The position numbers and the translations under genes were made by a program. Source: an uncultured Eubacteriales bacterium (GTDB lineage: Bacteria; Bacillota; Thermincolia; Thermincolales; CAZWUW01). From it: a DNA stretch of 63,933 bases. Below are positions 46,484-55,982 of this stretch, one piece after another (positions within the stretch are counted from its first letter, which is position 1; each line of letters begins with the position of its first letter). The notes beneath the pieces are model-generated. The model worked only from the letters and a program-made list of their open reading frames with translations, ran no database searches and was not told the DNA's origin. Where the stretch lies: positions 1 to 63,933 of the forward strand of contig CAZWUW010000003.1 in NCBI GenBank assembly GCA_964636895.1. The letters run 5' to 3'.

Positions 46484-46702
46484 TTAGGCTTTGCCGGCAA
46501 GGGATTGCTCGTAGGCCTCAATCATTCTCTTTACCATGTTACCACCAACGGCACCACAGTCTCTCGAAGAGATGTTACCCCAGTAACCGCCTTGAATCTG
46601 GTTGGTAACCCCTACCTGATTGGCAATTTCATACTTGAACTGATACATAGCCTTTTGAGCTTCGGGAACAACTAGTTGATTACGCTTTTGTCCAGTACCC
46701 AT
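46484..46702 (-). CDS. Small acid-soluble spore protein, alpha/beta type.
   Basis: 72 aa. Differs from its neighbour at 6 of the first 69 positions. AAGGAGGTG RBS. Confidence 0.9.
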   Translation of the reverse strand: MGTGQKRNQLVVPEAQKAMYQFKYEIANQVGVTNQIQGGYWGNISSRDCGAVGGNMVKRMIEAYEQSLAGKA

Positions 46703-46923
46703 TAAGTTTCACCTCCTTTTAGTTTACTACTTCTAGTATTAGTTTCGGCAAACACCATTATACTAGAAATGTTTTCTCAATACCCCGTGCCTTTCCAAGT
46801 TAATAACAGGATTTTTTATCGATGATTATTTTAATGAAAAATGCTGGACATACTACAATAAAAGGCCTGTCTGGGCTTACTGCTTACTAAACAACAATGA
46901 TTTTCTAAAGGAGCTGAAACCCC

Positions 46924-48720
46924 TTGATAAAGCTCACCATAGACGGACAAAAAATCCAGGCTGAACCTGGTACAAGTATTTTAGAAGCTGCCCGGCAGCA
47001 AGGTATTTATATCCCTACTCTTTGTTATCTAAAAGAATTAAACGAAATCGGAGCCTGCCGGGTCTGCCTGGTGGAAGTAACCGGCACCAGAACCCTGCAG
47101 CCAGCCTGTGTATATCCGATAGCCCAGGGTATGAACGTGTATACACATTCCCCCCGGGTAATTAAAGCCCGTAAAATGGTGCTGGAGCTTTATTTGTCAA
47201 ACCATCCCTTTGAATGCCTGACCTGTGTACGCAACCAGCGCTGCGAACTGCAGCAGTTAGCCGAAAGATACCACGTCCGTCATCTGATGGTGCATGGTGA
47301 ATCAAAACGTTACCCCATTGATGACCAGTCACCCGCCATGGTAAGGGAACCCGCCAAATGCGTGGTTTGCCGCCGTTGTGTCAGAGTTTGTAAAGATGTC
47401 CAGGAGATCGGTATATACCAAATTGCAGAACGGGGATTTGATGCCGTTGCATCTCCGGCCTTTAAAAAGAGTTTGGCCGAAACCCCGTGTATCTATTGTG
47501 GCCAATGTCTGCAGTTATGCCCAACAGCAGCGATCCATGAAAAAGAGGATCTGGAAACAGTCTGGAAAGCGCTTAGTGACCCCAAAAAACATGTGGTAAT
47601 TCAGACCGCACCGTCCGTAAGAGGTACCCTGGGCGAAGAATTCGGTATGCCTATCGGCACCCTGGTAACCGGTAAAATGGTTTCGGCAATCCGCCGGCTG
47701 GGATTTGATAAGGTTTTTGATGACTGTTTCGGTGCCGATATAGTATGTCTTGAGGAAGGCGCTGAACTGATCCACAGACTGGAGCACGACGGCCCTTTGC
47801 CCCAGTTTACCTCCTGTTGTCCGGGCTGGCTGAGATTTTGCCTGTTATTCTATCCTGAGCTTATTCCTCATATTTCATCAGTAAAGCCACCACAGCAGGT
47901 GTTCGGGGCACTGGTAAAAACATATTACGCTCAATTAGCGGGTATTGACCCGAATAATATTTTTAGCGTTTCAGTGATGCCCTGTGTAGCTAAAAAATGG
48001 GAAAGGCAAAGGGGTACAGGTACCCATGACAGTGGTGTACAGGATGTTGATGTGGTATTAACTACCCGGGAACTGTCACAAATGATCAGGACAGCAGGTA
48101 TTGATTTAAACGATATGCCGGATGAGGATTTTGATGAGCCTATGGGCTATGCTAGCGGGGCCGGGATTGTTTTTGGCTCGGGCGGCGGTGTGGCCGAAGG
48201 CGTTTTGCGCACAGTTTACGAGAAAGTAACCGGGGAAACCCTGGATAATGTTGAATTTAAAGAAATCCGCACCTTTGAAAAAATCAAAGCGGCGGAAATC
48301 AATATTGGTGACCGTACAATCAGATGCGCCACCGTAAGAACCACCGGTGAAGCCAGGAAATTAATTGACCGGATTAAAGCCGGTACAGAACAATATGATT
48401 TTATTGAGGTCATGGCCTGTCCCGGCGGCTGTATCGGCGGAGGCGGACAACCAATTTACAGCGGCCTTGATCAATGGGACCAGCAAATGAAACAGCGTTA
48501 TAAACGTGCGGATGCCCTCTTTAAACAAGACCGGTTAAAAGAACACCGCAAAGCCCATGAAAACCCGTTTGTCAAAAAGCTGTACGACGAATTTCTGGGC
48601 AGTCCGTTAAGCGACAAGTCCAAGCAACTGGTGCATACTTCTTATACTGAGATCCCATTATATGATATCAATGGGACCGCAACCAGTATGGACGAAAAAA
48701 ATAATGAACACATTATATAA
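46924..48720 (+). CDS. Monomeric [FeFe]-hydrogenase (CpI-like M3 architecture).
   Basis: TTG start after AAGGAG. N-terminal 2Fe-2S domain, His-ligated cluster HPFECLTCVRNQRC and two ferredoxin motifs (CVVCRRCVRVC, CIYCGQCLQLCP). H-cluster motifs TSCCPGW, MPCVAKKWE and EVMACPGGCIGGGGQP. Confidence 0.9.
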   Translation: MIKLTIDGQKIQAEPGTSILEAARQQGIYIPTLCYLKELNEIGACRVCLVEVTGTRTLQPACVYPIAQGMNVYTHSPRVIKARKMVLELYLSNHPFECLTCVRNQRCELQQLAERYHVRHLMVHGESKRYPIDDQSPAMVREPAKCVVCRRCVRVCKDVQEIGIYQIAERGFDAVASPAFKKSLAETPCIYCGQCLQLCPTAAIHEKEDLETVWKALSDPKKHVVIQTAPSVRGTLGEEFGMPIGTLVTGKMVSAIRRLGFDKVFDDCFGADIVCLEEGAELIHRLEHDGPLPQFTSCCPGWLRFCLLFYPELIPHISSVKPPQQVFGALVKTYYAQLAGIDPNNIFSVSVMPCVAKKWERQRGTGTHDSGVQDVDVVLTTRELSQMIRTAGIDLNDMPDEDFDEPMGYASGAGIVFGSGGGVAEGVLRTVYEKVTGETLDNVEFKEIRTFEKIKAAEINIGDRTIRCATVRTTGEARKLIDRIKAGTEQYDFIEVMACPGGCIGGGGQPIYSGLDQWDQQMKQRYKRADALFKQDRLKEHRKAHENPFVKKLYDEFLGSPLSDKSKQLVHTSYTEIPLYDINGTATSMDEKNNEHII

Positions 48721-48727
48721 AAAAATT

Positions 48728-48760
48728 CCGGCTAAAGTGTTATCCCTCAACTTTAGCCGG
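48728..48760. terminator. Hairpin after the hydrogenase gene.
   Basis: CCGGCTAAAGT-(11 nt)-ACTTTAGCCGG. The second arm overlaps the last codons of the convergent DUF421 gene. Confidence 0.4.
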
Positions 48761-49444
48761 ACTAATTTCAATTTCGCCTTTTTTACTTACATATAACCAG
48801 CCTTTTGTATCCAGGCTGGCAAATAATACCTCCTGTGCCGAAGTAATATCTCTCTGCTTCAATTCAAATGTTAACCAGTGCTCCGACAGCCCGGTTTTTT
48901 TAAGATTATCGGGTAAAATACGGCCGTCAATAATCAATGGCACGGAAAGTCCTTCATACAAAGTACATATATGCATATCTTCCGGGGTCAACTGCCGTTT
49001 TTGGGACTTCGGCACAACACTCAAGCGGCCCGAAGTTTCAAGTATGGCAAATTCCACATCAGCTATATTAGCAATCCCTTTATCTCTTAATTGGGTCAAT
49101 AAATCATGAACGTTGTACCTGGACCTGCGCATCTGCGCTTCGTCAATTATTCCATTGGTAATAATGATAGAAGGTTTGCCGGAAATCAGTTTCCGGGCGA
49201 CAATGCTTTTCAAACAAATCCAGGACAGCACAACCTCAGCCACCATTAATGTTATTATCGGTATAAGGCCCTGCAGCAGTGTAATATGCTTCTCAGTCAT
49301 TGGCAGAGCGGCAAGTTCGGCTATCACAATGGCTACTACCAAGTCAAAGGGGGACAGTTGGCCCACTTCCCTTTTGCCCATTACTCGCATTACAATTAAC
49401 AGTGTCATGTAAATGAATAAGGTGCGAAAAATACTGTCTATCAT
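48740..49444 (-). CDS. DUF421 (YetF/YrbG-like) membrane protein.
   Basis: 234 aa. Contains VMGKREVGQLSPFDLVVAIVIAELAA and a C-terminal soluble domain. Confidence 0.8.
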   Translation of the reverse strand: MIDSIFRTLFIYMTLLIVMRVMGKREVGQLSPFDLVVAIVIAELAALPMTEKHITLLQGLIPIITLMVAEVVLSWICLKSIVARKLISGKPSIIITNGIIDEAQMRRSRYNVHDLLTQLRDKGIANIADVEFAILETSGRLSVVPKSQKRQLTPEDMHICTLYEGLSVPLIIDGRILPDNLKKTGLSEHWLTFELKQRDITSAQEVLFASLDTKGWLYVSKKGEIEISPAKVEG

Positions 49445-49530
49445 TTGATGGCCTCTTTTATCTGTTGAACTTGTGCAGGCTAATGGGGCTGGTACTGCAA
49501 CTGGTAGCTACGATGATATTTTATCCATAC

Positions 49531-51582
49531 TCAACAAATTGTATGATGAGAAAAGACATTAAACTTTTCCGCAATCTTTTCTTTTAAAAGAACATTATCC
49601 GGTTGCAGTAGTCCGGGGTCGGCAGCAATCAAAGCAAAGGCTTCCCGGCGGGAAAGCTCCAGAACTTCCGTGTCCCGTAAAATATCCGCTATTTTTAATT
49701 CCGGCAGCCCGGATTGCCGGGTGCCAAAGAATTCGCCCGGTCCGCGCAGCTGAAGATCTTCTTCGGCCAGGATGAATCCATCGGTCGTCTGCTCCATGAT
49801 TTTCATCCGGGCCTTCCCCTCATCCGTTTTGGGATTAGCCACCATTATACAAAATGACTGGTGTTCTCCGCGTCCCACCCTGCCCCTGAGCTGATGCAAT
49901 TGGGCCAGGCCAAACCGTTCGGCATCATTAATAAGCATTATGTTGGCATTGGGTATATTCACTCCTACTTCAATCACGGTCGTCGCTACCAGCACTTGTA
50001 CTTCACCGGTGCGGAAACGCTGCATGACAGCTTCTTTTTGGGATTTCTTCAAGCGGCCGTGCACAAGACCGATATTATAATCAGGAAACACTTCAGTTAA
50101 CCGATCCGCCATTTCTACTGCCGCACCCACATCTATTTTCTCCGATTCCTCTACCAGCGGACAAACCACGTAAGCCTGTCTCCCCGCAGCAACTTGCTGG
50201 CTGATAAAAGCATAAACCTTTGGCAGCGATTTTTCAGTGCGCCAGTAAGTTTTTACAGGCCGGCGGCCGGGAGGAAGTTCATTTATCACCGATATATCCA
50301 AGTCCCCATAAAGGGTTAAGGCCAGTGTACGCGGAATAGGTGTAGCTGTCATCACCAGTACATCAGGATTCGTCCCTTTTTCCTGAAGTCTGGCCCTTTG
50401 CCGTACCCCGAAACGGTGTTGTTCATCCGTTACCGCCAAGCCCAGGCGATTGAAACAAACTTCCTCCTGAATCAATGCATGAGTACCTACCAATACATCA
50501 ATTGCACCTTTGCGAATACTCTCAAGCATTGCTGTTTTTTCTTTTTTTGTCAGGCTGCCGGTGAGTAATCCAACCTTAATTTCAAGTGGTTCCAGTAGCT
50601 CACAAAGACCCTCAAAATGTTGTTCAGCCAAAATTTCCGTAGGTGCCATCAATACTCCCTGGCAGCCGCTGGCTACGGTTTTAACCAATGCAGCAGCAGC
50701 CACAACAGTCTTACCGGAGCCCACATCCCCCTGCACCAGCCGGTTCATGGGGTTTTCCTTTTCCATATCCGTAATGATTTCGCTTAGCACCTTTTGCTGA
50801 GCCGTAGTTAAAGCAAAAGGCAGTCTGTCCAAAAATGCCTGATATAAAGGACCATCAGGTTTGTGCCGAATACCCTGCACATTTTTGTGACTGCCTGCCT
50901 TCAAAATCGCCAAACCTAACTGCAATAAAAATAATTCTTCAAAAACCAGCCTTTTCCTGGCCTGGATTAAATCATCCGGACTAGCCGGAAAATGAATCTG
51001 CGATACTGCCTCGGTCAGGGGCAGCCAGCCGTATTTTTGCCGCAGGTACCGAGGCATAAACTCTTGTAACAAGCCGGCATGTTCATCAACAACATTTTTC
51101 ATTATATTTCTGAACGTCCGTTGTGGCAATCCTTCGGTGGTAGGATACACCGGTACAATCCGCCCGGTATGAACCGGGTCTTCAGTATCTATTACTTCAT
51201 AGTCACTGACAGAGATTTGAATCCCGCCGTATTTTTTTTCCACCCGGCCGGATATAATCAGCTCTTTACCCTGGTTAAACTGTTTCTTCAAAAATAATTG
51301 ATTAAACCAGACAGCATAACCTACTGATACTCCGTCATGTAAAGCGACTTTTAAAATATTCAAACCTCGCCGGGGACGCACTTCCTGACAGGCTAGTACA
51401 GTCCCCTGAATTGTTTCCGTATCACCGTCCTGCAACTGATGAAACTTTTTCAGATTACTCCGGTCTTCATAGCGCCGGGGAAAATAATACAATAAATCCG
51501 CCAAGCTAAAAATACCTAACTTTTCCAGAAGTTTTACCCGCTTTGGACCAATGTTTTTTATATAACGCAAGTCCGTTGTCAT
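49531..51582 (-). CDS. recG: ATP-dependent DNA helicase RecG.
   Basis: The ORF track extends to 51702. I prefer the ATG at 51582 (MTTDLRYIKNIGPKRVKLLEKLGI...), which removes the overlap with degV. Helicase motifs GDVGSGKT, DEQHRFG and QLHQLRGRVGRG. Confidence 0.95.
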   Translation of the reverse strand: MTTDLRYIKNIGPKRVKLLEKLGIFSLADLLYYFPRRYEDRSNLKKFHQLQDGDTETIQGTVLACQEVRPRRGLNILKVALHDGVSVGYAVWFNQLFLKKQFNQGKELIISGRVEKKYGGIQISVSDYEVIDTEDPVHTGRIVPVYPTTEGLPQRTFRNIMKNVVDEHAGLLQEFMPRYLRQKYGWLPLTEAVSQIHFPASPDDLIQARKRLVFEELFLLQLGLAILKAGSHKNVQGIRHKPDGPLYQAFLDRLPFALTTAQQKVLSEIITDMEKENPMNRLVQGDVGSGKTVVAAAALVKTVASGCQGVLMAPTEILAEQHFEGLCELLEPLEIKVGLLTGSLTKKEKTAMLESIRKGAIDVLVGTHALIQEEVCFNRLGLAVTDEQHRFGVRQRARLQEKGTNPDVLVMTATPIPRTLALTLYGDLDISVINELPPGRRPVKTYWRTEKSLPKVYAFISQQVAAGRQAYVVCPLVEESEKIDVGAAVEMADRLTEVFPDYNIGLVHGRLKKSQKEAVMQRFRTGEVQVLVATTVIEVGVNIPNANIMLINDAERFGLAQLHQLRGRVGRGEHQSFCIMVANPKTDEGKARMKIMEQTTDGFILAEEDLQLRGPGEFFGTRQSGLPELKIADILRDTEVLELSRREAFALIAADPGLLQPDNVLLKEKIAEKFNVFSHHTIC

Positions 51583-51611
51583 TTTGTTCCGTCCACTCCC
51601 CAACCTCTCTG

Positions 51612-52457
51612 TCAGGCCGGATAAACTATAATTCCCACTACACCCGGACCAACGTGGGTACCTACTACAGATCCCAGTTCGCTGATAATTATTTCTGAAC
51701 AATTCAACATTGACTTAACCCGTTCCTGCACCTTCAGCATGGAAGTATAGTCATCACTGTGTACTATGGCGCATACCAGCCGCCTGCCGGGATCAAAACC
51801 GCCGGCGGCCAGTTCCACCATCCGTTCAGTTGCTCTGGCTTTGCCCCGGACCTTTTCCAATGGTACAACCATTCCATCTGCAAGCCCTAAAATCGGTTTA
51901 ATGTTCAGCAGTGCACCTAACAGTGATCCGGCTTTACCGATACGACCGCCCCGCGCCAGGAATTCCAATGTATCTACAACAAATAAAACTTTAACTCTGT
52001 CAATTAATTCACTCACCTGGCTCAGGATTTCCTTACGCGTCCGGCCTTCCCGGGCAGACCTGGCGGCGGCTAGCACAATTAGACCCAAACCCATACTGCA
52101 TGACCTAGAGTCAATAACAAAAACATCCTTGGAATCAACCATGGTTTTGGCTAATTGAGCCGAATGAAATGTGCCGCTTAACGCTGATGTAATATGAATT
52201 GAAATAACACTGTCCCCTTTTTGGGTCAGGCGCTCATATAAAGCTACAAACTCACCCGGTGCCGGCTGGGATGTAGTGGGTAAAGCCGCTGAATTCCGAA
52301 GGCGGTGATAAAATGTAGATGCATCCAGGTCAACTCCATCCCGGTAAATCTCCTGGCCAAACACCACTTTCAAAGGTACTACAATAATACCGTATTTTTC
52401 CACCAGTTCTGCCGGTAAATCTGCAGTACTGTCGGTAACTATGCGCACGGTTCCCAT
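51612..52457 (-). CDS. DegV-family fatty-acid-binding protein (FakB-type).
   Basis: VRIVTDSTADLP... with the DegV pattern throughout. Adjacent to the DAK2-domain gene. Confidence 0.85.
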   Translation of the reverse strand: MGTVRIVTDSTADLPAELVEKYGIIVVPLKVVFGQEIYRDGVDLDASTFYHRLRNSAALPTTSQPAPGEFVALYERLTQKGDSVISIHITSALSGTFHSAQLAKTMVDSKDVFVIDSRSCSMGLGLIVLAAARSAREGRTRKEILSQVSELIDRVKVLFVVDTLEFLARGGRIGKAGSLLGALLNIKPILGLADGMVVPLEKVRGKARATERMVELAAGGFDPGRRLVCAIVHSDDYTSMLKVQERVKSMLNCSEIIISELGSVVGTHVGPGVVGIIVYPA

Positions 52458-52490
52458 ATTAAATCTCCCTTTTCAAAATATCAAGCTTTT

Positions 52491-54077
52491 TTATTCAACT
52501 GAAAACAGGTAATAATATAACGGTTGACCGCCATAATGCATTTCTGTTTCTAGCTGCGGCCACTTATCGACAATTGCAGTCATTAAGGCATTCGCCTGGT
52601 CTGCGGTAATATCCGCTCCGTAAAAAACAGACAATATTTCTTTGCTGTCATCCAGCACGGAAATAATTGATTCCAATGTGACCGCATTTATGTCCTGGCC
52701 GGCTACTTTAATTTCATCGTCAATAATCCCCAAAATATCTCCCTTATTGATTGACTTGTCGTTAAAGAAAGTATCCCGCACAGCAAAGGTAACTTCACCT
52801 GAAATAATATGTTTTATAGTTTCCTGCATCAACCGCACACATTCTGCCGGCTCCTTTTCCGGTGTAAAAGCCAGCATTGCAGCTATACCCTGCTGAATGC
52901 TGCGGGTCGGTATAACCTCAACATTTTTGGGGGTTAGCTTGCGGACCAGTTGAGCAGTTAAAATGATATTGCTATTGTTAGGCAGGATAATCACATGCTC
53001 TGCCGGCACTTTTGCTATGGCGCGGGCAATTTCTTCGGCACTGGGATTCATGGTCTGCCCACCGGAAATCACTTCATCTGCGCCCAGACTAAAAAAAACT
53101 TCCTCCAGTCCACTGCCGGACGCTACCACAACCATCCCAACTGGTTTTTGCCCGCCTTCCGGAACAACCTGACGATGCTGCAGGGCCATATTATCCACCT
53201 TAATCTGGTAAATTTCCCCGAATTCCAGGCAAATCTCCAAAGCCTGCCCCGGTTGGTTGGTGTGCAAATGCACCTTGACGGTTTCATCCGTACCCACCAC
53301 CAGCAGACTGTCACCGAGGTCATTTAACCGGTTCCGTATTAAATCGGTTTGCAAGCTCTGTCCTTTGATTAACAGTTCGGTACAATATCGATATGCAATT
53401 TCGACACTTTCAGGTGCCGGAGATAATGGTCGGGCAAGTTCAGCCGGCAAATTACAGTCCGTCAAAATCGTCTTGGCATCATTGGCACCGGCCAAAAAAC
53501 CGCTCAAAATTACTTCCCAACCTTTGCCACCGGCATCTACCACCCCGGATTGAGCCAGTATCGGGAGCATTTTGGGCGTTTCCGCCAATGCTGCCCTGCC
53601 ACCGGCCAAGGCGGCGGCAAGTACGCCATTTGGGGCTACCTTTTTTTTGGCGGCGTTCTTGGCTGCCTGGGAAGCCCCTCTGGCGACGGTGAGAATAGTC
53701 CCTTCCACCGGTTTCATAACAGCCCGGTAAGCAACTTCTGTACCATTATGCAAAGCATCGGCCAAAATAATAGAATTGGCCTGTTGCTTATCCTTTAGTA
53801 CTTTGGCTATGCCCCTTAGCAACTGCGAAAGAATAACTCCGGAATTACCCCGGGCACCCATCAGTGCACCCCTGGCAGCTGCCTCGGCTACAGCACCGAG
53901 CTTTGCCGGCATGATACTCTCCACTTCCTTGGCCGCTGAAGCCATAGTAAGGTACATGTTGGTACCGGTATCACCGTCAGGTACAGGGAACACATTCAGG
54001 GCATCTATTTTTAGTTTCGATTCTGCTAACGTTTCTGCCGCCCTTAGGATCATCCGGGCATACTTTTCCCCGTCCAA
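52491..54077 (-). CDS. DAK2-domain protein YloV (fatty acid kinase FakA-type).
   Basis: TTG start. Contains DALNVFPVPDGDTGTNM and GARGNSGVILSQ. About 528 aa, typical of YloV/FakA. Confidence 0.85.
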   Translation of the reverse strand: MDGEKYARMILRAAETLAESKLKIDALNVFPVPDGDTGTNMYLTMASAAKEVESIMPAKLGAVAEAAARGALMGARGNSGVILSQLLRGIAKVLKDKQQANSIILADALHNGTEVAYRAVMKPVEGTILTVARGASQAAKNAAKKKVAPNGVLAAALAGGRAALAETPKMLPILAQSGVVDAGGKGWEVILSGFLAGANDAKTILTDCNLPAELARPLSPAPESVEIAYRYCTELLIKGQSLQTDLIRNRLNDLGDSLLVVGTDETVKVHLHTNQPGQALEICLEFGEIYQIKVDNMALQHRQVVPEGGQKPVGMVVVASGSGLEEVFFSLGADEVISGGQTMNPSAEEIARAIAKVPAEHVIILPNNSNIILTAQLVRKLTPKNVEVIPTRSIQQGIAAMLAFTPEKEPAECVRLMQETIKHIISGEVTFAVRDTFFNDKSINKGDILGIIDDEIKVAGQDINAVTLESIISVLDDSKEILSVFYGADITADQANALMTAIVDKWPQLETEMHYGGQPLYYYLFSVE

Positions 54078-54102
54078 TACTGTTTATCCCCCTTAATACC
54101 GG

Positions 54103-54438
54103 TTAAATGCTGATTACCCGGACTCCCTGGACATTTATGTTAACTGATTTTACTTGCAAACCGGTTTGCTTTTCTACCTGGTATTTCACCTTATCCACAA
54201 TATTTCTGGCCACTTCTGCAATATTAATACCATAGCTTACAATTACATACAGGTCTATAACTACATACTCATCCTCAAAGACAACTTCTACACCTTTGGT
54301 CAGGTCTTCCTTGCCCAGTAAATGACCGAGACCGTCCTTCAGTTTACGTCCGGCCATGCCCACTAGACCGTAACATTCAATAGCCGCAGCCCCGGCAATG
54401 GTGGCAATCACTTCTTCAGAAATATTAACCATACCCAC
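54103..54438 (-). CDS. Asp23/Gls24 family envelope-stress protein (YloU-like).
   Basis: 111 aa. Contains ISEEVIATIAGAAAIECYGLVGM... Confidence 0.85.
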   Translation of the reverse strand: MGMVNISEEVIATIAGAAAIECYGLVGMAGRKLKDGLGHLLGKEDLTKGVEVVFEDEYVVIDLYVIVSYGINIAEVARNIVDKVKYQVEKQTGLQVKSVNINVQGVRVISI

Positions 54439-54487
54439 GGTAACCTCTCCTTCCGGTCAAAATCCTAAAAAAGATGAGGATAATTCC

Positions 54488-54700
54488 TCATCTTACAATA
54501 CTAATTTGCTCTTTCTGCAGATCATCCAATTCAGCCAATAATGTGTCCAAGTCAATTCCGTGCATCCTGGCACCGGCCTCTATTGACTCCTGAACGGCAC
54601 CCATACAAGTCAAACAGGCCATGCCGTGCTTTTTAAAAACCTCCCTGACTTTTGGGTGGGCTTGTAACGCTTCTAAAATGGACATGTCTTTGTTAAACAA
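54488..54700 (-). CDS. DUF1858 / hybrid-cluster-protein-associated redox disulfide-type small protein.
   Basis: The ORF track extends to 54805. I prefer the TTG at 54700 (GAGGAGGTG 7 nt upstream). Reads (M)FNKDMSILEALQAHPKVREVFKKHGMACLTCMGAVQESIEAGARMHGIDLD. Confidence 0.65.
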   Translation of the reverse strand: MFNKDMSILEALQAHPKVREVFKKHGMACLTCMGAVQESIEAGARMHGIDLDTLLAELDDLQKEQISIVR

Positions 54701-54862
54701 TGAACCCCACCTCCTCACGGCTTTTATTAAACCAATTCTACATTTACCAGACGAATTCCTGCCAATTGCAGCGGAAAAAAGTTCACCGAAAACTATTCTT
54801 GTCAACCACCCTGTTATTTGATATAATAGAAAAGCTATGAAATCCTAAAGGAGGTGAACTCC

Positions 54863-55051
54863 ATGGCAAAATGCGAAATTTGCGGCAAAGGGATCAGCAC
54901 TGGTATCCAGCTTTCCCACTCCCACATTCGCACCAAGAGAACCTGGTCGCCTAACATACAAAAAGTAAAAGCCGTGGTCAACGGGGCACCGAAGAAAATT
55001 AATGTGTGCACCAGATGTCTCCGGTCCGGCAAAGTACAAAGAGCTATCTAA
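54863..55051 (+). CDS. rpmB: 50S ribosomal protein L28.
   Basis: ATG at 54863 after AAAGGAGGTG. Reads MAKCEICGKGISTGIQLSHSHIRTKRTWSPNIQKV... Confidence 0.95.
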   Translation: MAKCEICGKGISTGIQLSHSHIRTKRTWSPNIQKVKAVVNGAPKKINVCTRCLRSGKVQRAI

Positions 55052-55084
55052 AAGGATTTGGTTATCAAATCCTTTTTTTATTTT
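55051..55084. terminator. Bidirectional terminator between rpmB and hslO.
   Basis: AAAGGATTTG-gttat-CAAATCCTTT followed by TTTTTATTTT. Confidence 0.75.
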
Positions 55085-55982
55085 ATTCAGCTTTTGGCGT
55101 TTGTGCTTCCGTCAGCAGTTTTTCCAGTTCATTTCTTTCAAAATGATGTACTTCGGAGCAAAAGTGACATTTGATTTCTGCCACCCCCAGCTCATCGATC
55201 ATGCTTTTTATCTCACCAGCGCCAAGACTGATAATAATTGGTTCCAGCATTTCTTTTGAGCACCGGCACCGGAAGGCCAGCGGCCTGGTCTCCAGCAAAT
55301 TGAACTGCAGCGGGCCTAACAAGTCCGCGAGGATTTCTTCGGGAGAGTGGCCGGCAGCAATCATGTTACTGACAGGTAAAACAAACTTTAGCATTTCTTC
55401 CAGTCTGTCAGTGGTTTCCTCGTCTGCTCCGGGCATCAGTTGGATAAAAAAACCGCCGGCGGACTGTACCGAACCATCCGGTTCCACCAAGACCCCCAGT
55501 GAAACAACCGTCGGTATTTGTTCTGAATTAGCAAAATACAAGGCCAGATCCTCGCCGATTTCACCTGTAACCAGCGGGCTGCTGCCTGTATACGGCTCTT
55601 TCAGCCCCAGGTCCCGGGAGATATAAATAAATCCCTTTTTACCCACCGCCCCACCCACATCCAGTTTGTTACCCTTACTAGGCAGATGTACATCAGGGTT
55701 TTGCACATAACCACGCAAGTATCTGCCGGCATCAACGCTGCATACAATGGCACCCAACGGGCCATCTCCGATTATACGCAAAGTAAGTAGATCTTCACCC
55801 TTCAGATTCGCAGAGAGCAAACCCCCGGCAGTCAGTACCCGCCCCAGAGCAGCGGTGGCGGTAGGAAAAGTACCATGTCTTAGCCGGCTTTCTTCCACCA
55901 GGTTTGGAGTACGGGCAGCAATGGCGCGAATCATTCCCTGAGCAGCTGTGCCTATCACCATATAGTCCGGTTTATTCATCAT
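55083..55982 (-). CDS. hslO: Redox-regulated chaperone Hsp33.
   Basis: 299 aa. C-terminal zinc centre CRCS...(KCHFCSEVHHF). The start overlaps the upstream gene's stop (ATGA). Confidence 0.9.
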   Translation of the reverse strand: MMNKPDYMVIGTAAQGMIRAIAARTPNLVEESRLRHGTFPTATAALGRVLTAGGLLSANLKGEDLLTLRIIGDGPLGAIVCSVDAGRYLRGYVQNPDVHLPSKGNKLDVGGAVGKKGFIYISRDLGLKEPYTGSSPLVTGEIGEDLALYFANSEQIPTVVSLGVLVEPDGSVQSAGGFFIQLMPGADEETTDRLEEMLKFVLPVSNMIAAGHSPEEILADLLGPLQFNLLETRPLAFRCRCSKEMLEPIIISLGAGEIKSMIDELGVAEIKCHFCSEVHHFERNELEKLLTEAQTPKAE

